A stretch of DNA of 64,000 bases, taken from assembly GCF_000150275.1 (NCBI RefSeq), contig NW_002060943.1, positions 4,360,008 through 4,424,007 of the forward strand, given 5' to 3'. Numbering within the stretch: position 1 is the stretch's first letter; every line of letters begins with the position of its first letter. This DNA is from Trichoplax adhaerens (taxonomy: Eukaryota > Animalia > Placozoa). The notes under the pieces were generated by a model. The model did not search any database and had not been told where the DNA came from. It saw only the letters and a program-made list of their open reading frames with translations. Position numbers and translations under genes: made by a program. Shown here in pieces: positions 13,901 through 27,261 of the stretch.

Positions 13901-15552
13901 TGCCGCGATTGAATTCTCTAATAATCATTAAACACTATTTGCAATCCCCTGGTCTAAACCAGTGAAAATCTAAAAAAAGTTAGGGATTTTTTCGTTAACT
14001 GAGCTTGAAACTTTTGTCTTTTATACCGTATATTATGAGGCACACTGAGTACTAGGGTTTATAGCATTTAGTATATTAAAGACAAATAGCTCGATGTGAC
14101 AGATAAAACTAGCAATCGGAAACTGACACTTATTAAAAGTGTAAATTAATTTTTACGGTATGACATATTATGGATGCACGGTAAAGTAATCGAAGAATTT
14201 TTCAGTTATCGTGGAATATTTTACTGCTCTACATTTGTAGATAAATTGAAACATATCAAGAAGATAAAAGAATTTATTTGCAATATTCCGAAGCATGGAT
14301 TTAAATTATAGGATGAGTAAATATCCGCTCAATATTAAAAATACTTCTGTAACAAGGACAGTTTAGTACAAGAAATTTTATTACTGATAGAAGCAAAAAC
14401 AGAGTCAATATCTATCAAATTAACCCGGTTTTGTGCCATCGAATGAATATCTAAAGGTCACGTAGGCTGCAGGTATGGCATTTTATCGTATGTCTTCCAA
14501 CCTTAATAATGGATATCTATTATATAATGGAACACATCCGGATAACGAACGTTTATTATAGATTTAGAGGATTAATCTTTCAGTTCTTTGAAAGAACTAA
14601 AGTGCTAGCCAATAGTTTCAAATGGATTTTTTGAGTTCAGGAAATACACCTGTCTATTTATTGAAAGAATTAAAGTAGTAGGTGAATTCTCATTTTCTGT
14701 CAACGATGTTTTTTGTCTGTTGTAGAGTTATACTTGTTAGTATTAATCAACTTGACATTTTATTTCCTGATTTGAAGTGAAAATTTTCCATAATGACGTA
14801 ACTGATTGAAATAGTTATTGTTAGAATGCCAAATAAAGGAGTAAGTAGATGAAACTAAAATAAGATTAGGGTTAGAGATAAACAGGCTCTCGATGTGAAA
14901 ACTCCTATCCAATAAGTAACAAAGCAATCATGAGGTTAGCACAATGAAATTGGTTAACAGTTATTATTATCATTCAATCCTGCTTTCTTATTCCACTCTG
15001 CAAATACATTATAATTTCACATCCATAATTTTAAATTCTCTTGCATATACGCCACAATAAAACTTTCATTTATTTAATTACAATGACGTCGTCCGAAAAT
15101 TTTGATATTACGGGAAAGTGCAGTAATGTCAATGAAAATGACGGGCATAAAGTATAATTGAGGGCGGTTGTCAACTACTTTAGAACGTTAGTTCATGACC
15201 ACAACATTAATATCAAGATTTTTTTGATTAGAATTATTTAATATTGTCTAGTTCGACTTTCTTACTATAATGAAAATGCCGAGCAATTATATAATAAAGT
15301 ATCTCGAAGAATAATATGCTGAGACTTTCATTTCTTATTACATTTCATTTTACCGCATAAATCAGCTCTTCTCCCAGCCAGTATCTATCAGTAATAGGTG
15401 TAATAACTAACTAAGCAATAAAAAAAATTAGATTTCTTGTTTCATTTCACTTTTATTTTATTAAATTAAATCCTCTACCAATGAATGTCTATATGTATGC
15501 AGCGACCATAGGACCTGCGGTTTATAGGCAGCAGGTCTAATAGTTGTACTAC

Positions 15553-16183
15553 TGTGACAGTGTTATGTACTGTATTAGAGTAGAAATATCTATGTTAGGA
15601 TAATTCTGTTAGCCTATCCTTATTTAGTTAATTTCTAATTTGGATATACTGTGTTTTAATATAGCACTGATTTTTTTATGACAGTGACACTTATACACAT
15701 ACTGAAATTAATAGTTATAATTGGGAATGCAAATCATCTACTTACAGTTCCAATCATTGCGATTGTAATTTACTTATGGTAGATCGTAAATTACCATGGA
15801 AATGTTCCGTGATAGGACATATCGTAATCTGACTATTCTGTATTAGTCATTACATGTCTATGTTCTTAAATACTGTTATCTGCATTAAGGGAGCAGTAGC
15901 TAAAATTAATATCTAATTCAGTAAATGATTCTAATGTTAATTGTATTAACTATGACTCATGAACTATTGAGGAATAGTATATAAATGCAGCATATCGTGA
16001 AATAAAGTGAATTCTCAAACTTAGTGTTTAACGTAAAATACGAGGCGTTTAAGTCTTTATGTAGTCTGCTAGTAGAGCAAAAGTGTTTCTGATAGAGCAG
16101 ATATCGTTCCTTGATAAGTGGTTCAAGGAATTGACTTATTGATCGTATATTACGTTATCTTGTTGCAAAGCTGTTTTGTGACA
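15553..16183 (+). mobile_element. Solo LTR of an LTR retrotransposon (631 bp), copy 1
   Basis: Begins TGTGACA and ends TGTGACA (TG...CA). Perfect 5-bp TSD ACTAC at 15548-15552 and 16184-16188. TATATAAA at ~15978 followed by AATAAA at 16001. About 95% identical (hand count, ~31 differences) to the reverse complement of 29414-30046. Confidence 0.9.
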
Positions 16184-19100
16184 ACTACAAAGTAGATTAC
16201 CGATTTTATTTACAATAACAGAAATACCGACGTTGTTCTTACAGTACTAAATTAAATAGCCCAATCTAATAAAACTATGAAACTTGGGAAAAGTATCATG
16301 ACTAAAATATTGCATGCAACATGATCTGTTTGATTTAGTGCGATATTTAGCACTCAACCTTTATTCATGGGCTAAAATTTTAACAGCAGAGATTCAATGA
16401 TATCTCCTGTTAATATTAAAATATTTTACCGAATTGCTTATTTAAATGATTAAACTAAGTACTAAAAATATATCTTATGCTACTGTTTCTTACACTTTAT
16501 TTGAATATTTTCAAAGCTATTGGCTAGAGGGTATTTCAGAGCACTAATCTCAGTTTCATTCTTTGGTTATTATCAGTGTGATGTTTCGGAAGATTGTGGA
16601 TTCGTCATGATCGCAGTAAATTACCAGAGTTAATTTAGTAGAGGAATAGAGTTTATTGGAATTAGTGCAAAGGGAAAAACCGTGTGAGATTACAGTGTGT
16701 ATAACGACGTGACTAGTCGAATAGCTATAGTAATGTAGCATAGGTAAAGCGTGCAAGCTTACCGTGTAACTAGCAGAACTAACTAACGAGATAGGTGAAA
16801 GAAGATAGCTTTTATAATGTATGAAGCACAGCAGGAGGAAATCATAAATGACTAATAAGAATATGTTACTTCTATGTTAAGACAGGGCTACGATATAATT
16901 CAGCTAGATTTCAAAGCGATTTCCACAGAGTATTTTGTTAAATATAAATTATACATATTTAGAGTTATGCTACAATCTAGTGGAAATTGACTTTTACTAA
17001 AAAAGACTATACCGTATTTAGAAGTAAACACTACAATCATCAATGAGAGTTACCATCAGCCATCTTATTTGTATATGGTGGCTTATTTGCAAAGGTTTAG
17101 TGGCAGTAGCAGTAACGATTGTGTTACAGATAAAATTTCTTCCTATTTACTCCATAAAGTAGGCGAAATATTTGCCGCGAAGGAAGAGTAGGTCTTGCAA
17201 CATCAGATATGGTAGACATGCTAACTATTGTAATCAGATGATGGTATTTATTGCTAATGCATTGGCTTGCATAAGCAGTGGGAATCTGGATATAGATCAG
17301 ATTCCTTATATACGGTAGTGTTACGGTGTTGCCTTGTCATTAGGATAGTTTAATAAGTACAGTAGTAGCTAGTATGGAGAATATCCATATTTGTAGTGCT
17401 AGGTAAGATAAGTAATACCTTAACGTGGATGTTGTTTGTAATAGTTCATTACATATTTGATATTGATTGTTATTGTGTGATAGATAGCAGTAGGATGATT
17501 CAAGTTCTAGTTGATGATAGTTGAATTAGACAACCTACGAGCTTAGATTAAGATTAAGTATGAGTAAGAGATTCAAAATATTTACTGATAGAAAAGCTAT
17601 GTAAGGAGCATCTTAGTTCGAGATGATTCTCCTAGTAAGGTATAATAATAATACTGTTGTTGTTTACAAATTAGACGGTTCCTAAATAAAAGGGAACATT
17701 TGAGTTGAGAGGCTGGTAAAAAAAGTTGTAGATGTATTCTTGCTAATAAAAGTTTCATCTTTACAGTCTTTTGCTGTGTGTGTTTAACGTTAAGTAAAAG
17801 GGCGTTTAAGTCAGTAGCTACTTATAGACTTTTACTGTGCGTTACCTTGTCGCAGAAGTGAAATTGTGACAGGTAGTTGCTAAGATCCTAAGGCATGCAC
17901 GCCCCAAACTAACGCTTTCTTTGAAATCCTGTAATTAAGATTACTACCTGCCCAAGTAATCGAATTATTAGCTATGAAGTAGCTTCTTAGTACGATAGCT
18001 TATTAGTGTTCTTTACGGTATCTGCCATATTGAATCTTATAGACAGCTGAAGTAATGTCATATGCAGTTTTTTAATATTCTTCACATAGACCGAGGGCAG
18101 CCAAGAGGAGTACGGTATGTAAGGCGTAGGGCTCTAATTGCATTATTATTCGTTTATTACTTCTTTCCTAGTTTTGTAAAGTCAAGATACGAAAATTCTA
18201 CAATTGTTTCAATACGTATATCTATAAGTTCTTCTTTGGCTTCTATTTTTAACAGTATCATTGCTGTGATTAAGACATAATTTTATTTCTTTTCTTAAAT
18301 TCACTAAATAAAATCATTTTATGGCTTTGAAAATTTGTTTTTGAATATGGATTTCAATAGGTATATCTCTGCATCTTTTGTATAGAATAACTATCCGTTG
18401 TTCGTAAGTACGCCATATTGTCCACGAAAGTATTAGTCAGAAATTTCTACTAATGGCTTCTATTCAGATAAATCAAGGCATACGACATGATTCGATTGCA
18501 ACTAAGGGAAAATTTACTATTACTTGACATCTTGAAGCTACGACTATTTAGGACTTAATTTATGATCCATAAAAGTAATGGTGTCGCATTTAATCCGAAG
18601 ATAAATCGAGCGCCGCTCTTTCATTGATGAGTTAGAAGGATATAATTATCTCAGTTATAGGAAAGCAAACGCTATCGACTTTAACAGCAATTTCCTAATT
18701 TTTTGTAAGCTGACCTATTTCCGGAATAACATACTCGTATAGCACAGATACGCGTCCCATTTATTCATTGCTATTGCTCCGCGTTGCATAAGTTATATCA
18801 TATTTAACGATTTACGTTATACATTGCAGTAGAAATTGAAAGTGTTTGTTCCTGTAAAATAAAACATTTCCTGACACTATAGAAGAGATTTTAATTCATT
18901 TCAAATAGATTTCTGAAATAGGACGAATTTGATCAATCTCTCTCCGGTAGTACAGTCTCACTCTTCATCGTATTTAGCTAGGCTACAAGGCGACGAAAGG
19001 GGTTTACATGTGATTCCGTTATGAACTTAATCAACTTCACATTTATCATTAAATATTGATAACTGTTAAAAGAACAAGTTAATTTTAATTCTATTGAAAT

Positions 19101-19777
19101 ATATGGATCGCATTATTCCTGAAGGATGTATTATTTCACGTCAATGCCTATTTTTCTATTATAATTGAAAAAAAGATGATATAGCACTGTAAGGGTACTC
19201 AAGTATTTTCTTATTTACATAATAACTTCTAACCTTGACCGTGATGACAATAATAACTCACCTAATGCCACAGAAACTGGTAACTACGTACACGAATACA
19301 ATTGTTTTGGGTCATATTTATAGAAGAATTTTGTCTGTATCTTGATATTTCTCCGAATGGACTCGCCTATCGTCTCTAAAGCGATGGCACAAGCTTAAGT
19401 CTACTGGTAATATTGGACTAGACTGGCTCGCTTGCTCATTTTTATCATCAATAGTATCAATTTTGATATTAGTGGGAATGATTTATCTTATTTTTGTTAT
19501 TTCATCGGTCAAAATAGCAAGATTAATCAAAAATATTGGCTAGTCTAGAAGTAAGTAAAATGGGGAAAATACCTGATATTGACTGTACATTTACATTTCA
19601 AAATAGGTTTTTGATGCGAATTTTTAACCTTTGGCTTTTAAGTACATAGACAACGTCATGTGCACTTTCTAGGACTTCTACCTATATCTACTACTTGACT
19701 AATAGTCATTAAAAAATAAATTCATGGACTTATTTTCAGGATACTTTCGATCTTGCTTTTCCTTACTATCTTTCAAA

Positions 19778-22700
19778 ATGGGTATCCGTTTATCTTGTCG
19801 CCAATATAATTGGAATAAAGTTAGTCAAGGCAGAATTTTACCTTCAATAACGAGTAAAGCTTTTATAATCGACCGTCATGATCGGTCCGTTGTGGTTAAG
19901 ACTTGGCAGCAAATGTGTCGAAAACAAAGTGAATGCGGCGAAGCCATGTTTGTAAGGCTAGTATGATCCAATCTTACAGATCTTGTATTTTTGTAAGTTA
20001 CAACATAATTTATTCAAGTCGTTTCAAATCTGCTTATGTCAAAATCTTGAAATATAGCATAACTAGGTCTAGATTTTATTTCATCCTACGTCAATTTTGG
20101 CGTAGTGTAACTCATAATCAAGGCGAGCTTCCAAGTAATAAGACATGAAGTCTAATAACTCTACTATAAGATCTTGCTATAAATTAAAAGCATGGAATTG
20201 ACTTTAATCACAATTGGCATTAGAAAAGCATGTTGAGACTTAAGTGACTCGGGATCTATTAATATTTAATTTACTCGTGCATTGTGTTGTCTGTTACATT
20301 GCTTTTACGAGCAAATTTTATAATTGCCACGATCGCAGCGTATCAGATTGTATTCCTTCAAGGTTTTCTAACTTTAATGATAGCAATAAGCAGGTTAAAA
20401 ATTACAATACAATCAATTTTTAATTTTGAAGACATTTAATAAATTGGTATAAAAGAGTTACTTGAATGTTGCAAAATGTAATTATAATATCCCTTGGGGT
20501 TACTAGTTTTATTTTTCCGAGTTTCCTGTTTAGTTTTGTTACATTATTGTCACTTGTTTTAAATTTACTTTAACTTGAATGATGAAGCTTCAAAAGGTTC
20601 TGTGTTAGAGAAGATAGTTTACGATTAGAGGCTAAATTCATATAATCTTATTAGTGACATTGGTTAAATCAGGTTGATCATTCTTAGCAAGATGATTCTT
20701 TTTAACTTACTTACACTCTCGTGATCAACAGATTTTATATTTAGCATTTAAGTTAGCTTTTACGATTTTTCTAGTATCAATAACCTTACTCATATTATTA
20801 CTATCGAGTTCATTCCGTTATACGGCAGTGGGATTGGCACATTTTTATTTTGGGATCAAACGATAACATCATGTAATTCAAACTGTCAGAGATGATGTAA
20901 TTATCTATAATCTTTATAAATTTAAGGAATAGACCATGTGATATAGTATGTGATAAAATTTGAAGTATTTTGTATTAGTTCTTGCATATTTTTCTTCCTT
21001 AGTTACTGTTGACCAACGTTTTCTTCCAAGACGATAATACCTTGCTCGTCTATTCTTGCAATTTAAATTTCTTTCTGTACATTATCCTTAGTTATAATAT
21101 AATTGCCTTCACTCATATTTACTGCATTTATTCAGTTAGTCTTGTTGTTATAACTAACATCGAGAAAAAGTGAACAAATATTCATTGAGTACAAAATAAT
21201 TTTTAGAATAGTCGATAATGTTGCTTCTTGCCGTTTAGGATTTGAAAAACTCGAAAATAGTTTAGTTATTACTTGAAATATTATTTCGTTTTTAAAGCTG
21301 CTACGATTCACGGTTATTGTTTAAGGCTGGTGTGGTTGTCGTTATTGTTCAAGGAGTAAGCTAGTACCGTTAACTATGCATGTTAATTAATTCATTAATA
21401 TTTCCTTTAGTAATTGCTTCTACTATTTTCATCTTGCTGTTTAAGAATATTCTACTTAAGAAATAGAATCCTTCTAGGTTGGAGAAATTTTTCTAACCTT
21501 AAATTCGAATAATAGTGGGTAGTTAAAGTAGTCCTTTTAATTTAGTATTAGAGCCTTTTCCTTCGCGTATTGCGTGCTTAACCTAGCTTCTAGAGTCTGC
21601 AACTAACAAATAAAACTACTGCTGCTTTCTGATTGACTGATTAAGAGCATATCTTTTTCTAAGCATATGTATCAACTTATAACTAGGAGTAGGTAAGAGT
21701 TCGTAAGCGGGTTTGTTTCTTATTGAAACAAAGGAATTTAATATTTTTTTCTATATCGTTTTCTTTCTCAATCATGTCATTTGAGTAGTTTCCTGATTCT
21801 TTCAATTCGGTAATCGCTTCAGTTCTAGTTGAAACTGATAGATTTGTTATTTTGGCACCTACGCAAGAATGCTAATAGCTAGTTATTCGTTTAATCATAA
21901 TCGGTGCTTAAAAATAAGGAGTTTATTACATTAATTAAGCGATTTACAATCCGCATTTAAAAGTTTTTGGTCCATTTTTTTATATTGTATCGTAATTTGC
22001 TTACCATGGTAATGAAAGTAAGTTACTACCATGACAGATTGCATTTCGTTAAAATGGAATTCTTCGTATGACTATGACTAATTTCTGACGTGTGTCCAAT
22101 GTTCACATACCTGTATTATTGCCGATAGTGTATAGAATAACTAGAACGTTCAGTAAAATGATTTCATATAGCCTCATTTAGTCTCTCGATAACAAATTAA
22201 CTACGTTCAAAAATTTGTTTCGAGACAGTAGGCTGTAGTGCTTTTATTGAAACCCTTATTCATAAAAATCGTGTTACTTGTAATTGAATCATTATCTGCA
22301 GCAGGATATTAGTTTTAACAATATCAGCTCTAGTTTATTTAAGAATTGAAAGAATAAATTTGTTTATTAAATTATGCTCCTTTACCTTCGTTCTTTGATG
22401 AATACCATTACTTCAGGCTATATTGGTAGTTTTCATTTATTTAATCTTTGAACGTTTATTTATAACCGTGTATAATGACATCACCTAGCAATGTTGATTA
22501 TTGAATTGCTTAAATAGTAAAGTGATCAAAATTGGTTCGCTATATTCTCTAGACTGCCAGCTATGTAATAGCAAAACAGTAAATAATAACAGTACTGATG
22601 ATAAATTGTTAATGCCATTGCGCTTCTATTAGCTTCAAAGTACATTAATAACCAATATCTATATTGAACGAAACTTTTAACTACAACAATACTGACTTAC

Positions 22701-25700
22701 ATTCATAGCATGAAAAAGCACGGCAGGAATATCTGTGAATAAATTAGTTATCACGGAATATCCTAACCGATATGAATCATTTTTAGAACAGTTACGCGAT
22801 ATCATCAATTTAAATTATAATCATGTTAAAAATAGCCTTCATAGTACATGATCTTAATATCGTAGAATTTGACACTCTTTTAATCTTTTAAAGTTACAGT
22901 TAGCAACTATAAACCACCACGGTTTTAAAAAATGTTATGCCATATATTAATGTACATTCATTCCTTAATTGAATAGACTTAAGTAACATGATTCATTATA
23001 GTTTAATTATATTTAATTATAATTATCACAATTGAATTCATCATATACCACCTGCTATACGCTTATAATTGTTTTTTTGTCTTTGATTTTTCAACAGAGA
23101 GGAATTACTGATTAATTTAAAACATATAATAACGCAAAAAACCTCAATCATATCGTGTCTAAGGTTTTACTACTTACGATGAATCCATCATTCTCTTTAG
23201 ATGTTATCACGCAATTTCAGTTTAAATTGACAATCTAGTAGCAATAATCAGGTGATAGATTCTTTTAACCACAACTGCAGTACATTATAAGTCTTGCTAT
23301 AGGATCTTATTTAACATGAAATCGGATGCGTGACGATACTTTAATGTACGGTATCATTAATATTGATTTATTCTTACAGTTATTCTTGAAATAATTGTAT
23401 TTCCTTCATGTTGATCAAAGATAACAAGTAAATTACTACAACATCTATTTTTCGGAATATTAAATAAGTTTAAAATAATGATATAGCCTACAGTAGCAAA
23501 GTATGCGGGTATATAATTATTTCTTATATTAAAATAATGTATTTACTTTAAATTCAAATAGGATTGTGGCGTTAAATTTTAATCTATAATATCGATTTAG
23601 TCTAGTAAGATTTAATTGGTACGATTTTAAAAAATTTTAACAAATGTAATACTTACACCATAATAACTTATTCGTATTTCTTTAATTGTCAATATCTTCG
23701 TCGCAAACATTTTATTCGCTACCACAATACGATTGAAATTAGTCAACCAAGGGTAACAGTCATGGAATATTATATATTATTATTACTGCTATATGGAAAT
23801 TTTATGGAATTGAAATGGTTTCAGAAAGATTTATAAACTACCAATTGAAATAATTCATTCGATATTTGATTTAGCTAACGTTTATCAAGATACTATATGT
23901 TCATATTACACAGATATGTTTAACAATAGATATTAACCAATTTTTCAGGAGGCAATAGCGCATAATGAATAGATTTTTAAATACTGCATAAGGGTTCGCA
24001 ATCCGCCAATTCTAAATTTAAGCAATTAAAATAGAGTAAAATCTCTTATATGTTGCAAAACAGTACGTAATTCATATTACTATGATACTTTCATTACGAA
24101 AAGTCACAGGAATTAGTTAAAATCACCACATAATGCTATTCATATAAGCAATGCCACTAACAAGTACTGGTGGGGCTAGTTAGTTGTAGCCGATATTTTT
24201 GTTAATAAGATTAAGAGGCATCACTCAATTAAATTTATTTAAAGTTTATATCAGCGGATGCAGCACAAATAGAACCAATGGATTTTTTAAAGAACATTTT
24301 ACATACATAATTCCTGGAGATAAGTGGCAGTAGATGTATATATATAAATATCTAAAAATAAACTGAAAATTTAACTATGCAAAAGAAAGAATTACATCTT
24401 CCTAATTTCATTGCTATTTATCCTTCAGTATTTGAAACTTAGTTTTATTATTTAATTAAGCTGTGAATTTATACTATAAATATTAGAAGCAAGAATAAGA
24501 GTCTAAATAATTGCATTGATATATAATGCTAACCCTACGGTGATAGCGGTAATAAAAATGCGAATGACGGATCATTATTGTCATTAGCATTGCAAATATC
24601 ATCAGTTCTATTAATTTATCATTACTATGGCCACATTAATAACAATACTAATGTATGGTTTATATAAGACGCCTGATATTATACCATATAAAAATCCCAA
24701 AACGTTAATTTTACCAGGCATGCAACAACAACTTTAAATTTGACTATGTTTTTAGAATCCCATTTCATACCATAATAAACCATTGGGGAAGTCGATTTCG
24801 GATTTTCGATTCCTATAGGATAACAGCTTTACCTAGAGCTGATAAATAGGCTGTATTATTACTATATGCTTAAATTACAAGATTTCATACAAATACTGTA
24901 TGGTATAGTGGTTACTTAATTAAGTGGAAATTTTAGTATTGTATCAGTCCTCCGTATATTGACTAATAAGGCATCATTGTATCGGTGTTATAAAGAAAGC
25001 CAATTAAGTAAAGATTTGCATTCCTGTGTTTTGTTAGATTATTTCACGCTTATTAGAGTATAATATCTAGAATCCCAAAAGACAATGTTACGTAACGTAT
25101 TAGTGTTCAATTATAATAGGTCTTAATTTTAGTTCTATACGAATAACAAGCAATATAAAAATAAATTCTTTTCTTTTCTTTCATATCCGGAACGCAACAT
25201 ATTGATTGCATTGGGCTAATAGCTTATTCAAATTGTATCCGGCAACACGACAATTCTTTACTATTTTCGATGCTGATGAATCCATTGAAGATCTCAAGTG
25301 TACTCCTCATTTTAAAACTCATGTAAATAGATTTATGGCTTATATTCAGCTATTTGTCGAATGTCATTTTGATGTTCGAGAATGTCAAAAACTGATGAGT
25401 GTCTTAGCTGTCAGTCATAAACATCTAAATCTGATTCCAGATCATTTTGAAGTAAGTGCTGATGATAATTTTAAAGTATTATGCAGATTAGTAATTCATT
25501 ACATATTTTAGACATATTAAGCATGCTAGTATAGTTGCATTTAAATGATATATAAAGATTCTAAGCGATATTTATGTTATTATAAAACCAAAAATATTAA
25601 GATATACGCGTATATCTCTAAAATACCTGTTTCTTACAACCTTTACGTCTATACAGCAGTTAGCTAAAATATAATAAAATTAAGCGATCAAATGGATGTT

Positions 25701-27261
25701 TGATCACTATACTACTTTAACCACTGAGGTAAAATTTACCTCTACGACCTTAACTTAGGAATTAGTCTACGCCAGTACTTACTTTTTAATACATAGTTCT
25801 TGCTAAGCGCAGTTTAGTAATTTAAATTTAGCATATTAGAAGTTGATACCTTCTCTATAAAGATTAAATGCTAGTAAAATCCATTACCTGATCGATGTTT
25901 TCTGTTTGATTTAATGCAGCAATTTGACTAACTGTGGATATTACATCTCACAATTTTCATGTTTGAAACGAATGCTCTTCTAATGATTATTTTACGCACT
26001 TTAAAATGTATAGAGAGCGATGTTATCCGTGCTTTTCTTGCTATGATAAAATGTATAGCACCTACCTATGTATTCGAATTCAAGCGCGAGAAAACTAGTT
26101 TCGCTCTGATGCATAACATATATATAGTTAATTTTATAGGAAACATTACGCGACATTGCCGAAATTCAATATACCATATTTGATTGGATGTTTGAAATAG
26201 TGAAATAGGATACTATATCTTTAATTATCGTAACTATTACTAGAACATCGATAATACTCTTGCAGGACAATTATTTCTAATCTTGGAGCTTACATAAAAC
26301 TTGATAGGGCTGTTTCATAAAGTTCTCTCCTACATCCTTTACATATCTCATGATATTGTACAATACTTATCTCAGCTACTATAGGAAGGACGCCAGATGA
26401 ACCGTAGCACTCTGAAATGAGTAGCGTTGTACTCTGTTTGATACTTTACGTAGTTGTACTAGGAATGTTTCGTAAAATATATTTTCTAAACCGTAGACTG
26501 ATGCAACTGTGCAATTCTAAATGAATGAAAAAAAAAATAAGATCGTGTATGATTACAATTGATGAGTTAAATGACAAACTCTTGATTTACAAATTATGTA
26601 TCCAAGCCTAGCAATAGCAATAACTGGTACTAATGATACTGCGTATTGTAGAATACAATGTCAATAACTAGAACAATTCTCTTTCTACCAAAAAAGCAAT
26701 TTTATAAGCACATGCACTAGTAAACATAGACTTATCATTTTAAAAATAGGCAAAGTTACAGGCTAGATTTGTTAAAAATTAGATCCTAAAGATAATTTCG
26801 ATTTCTGCTTCGTCGAGTTAAAATGTATCTTGTTAATTCGCTCAAAATGGGAAACAGTTAAATATCAAGGTAGCAAACTAATCTTATAACCATAGCACTC
26901 ATATACGTGAGAATTGTGATTACATTACTACAGTTCGCATTAACCTTATCTTTAGTAAGAACTCAACCTGAAATAATCATAAATTTTCGGACATTTATGC
27001 TTTTATTTTCCTATTCTAATCTTTTGATGTGTATGAAAATGCAGTAAAAAATAGGAAAGTAACGCTACCTTTTCTTCGCTATGAAAGGTTTTTCCTCCGG
27101 TTGTTGAACGTACACTAAAGGAAGTTTTAAAAAACGAATGCGATAATTCTATAATACAAGCGTGGACGAACTTCTTTAAAGGAATATCAAAAGTGATGAT
27201 GGAAGAATTGAGTAATGTTAAATCTCCTCAGTTTTGTGATATAGTCGATTTAGAAAACTGA
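19778..27261 (+). CDS. Globin with N-terminal extension (~193 aa), probably N-acylated; coding exons 19778-19956, 25223-25451, 27088-27261
   Basis: Exon 1 gives the A/B helices (DRSVVVKTWQQM...GEAMFV). Exon 2 gives LFKLYPATRQFF (ProC2, PheCD1), KTH (HisE7), LAVSH (HisF8) and PDHFE. Exon 3 gives the G/H helices (IIQAWTNFF). Introns fall at the classic globin positions B12.2 and G7.0. A probable 5'UTR intron (19551-19739) removes the upstream ATG at 19724, leaving AAAATGG MGIRLSC. Confidence 0.9.

Noticed and set aside
18832-18843. ISRE-like GAAATTGAAAGT upstream of the globin; GAS-like TTCCNGGAA at ~7687, ~10085 and 38242
   Set aside because: Short motifs expected at roughly this frequency by chance in 64 kb of AT-rich DNA; no clustering.
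24529-24537. CTAACCCTA as a telomerase RNA template; TTAGGGTTAG near 14866 as telomeric sequence
   Set aside because: Isolated 9-10-mers with no pseudoknot, CR4/5 or H/ACA context, and no array.
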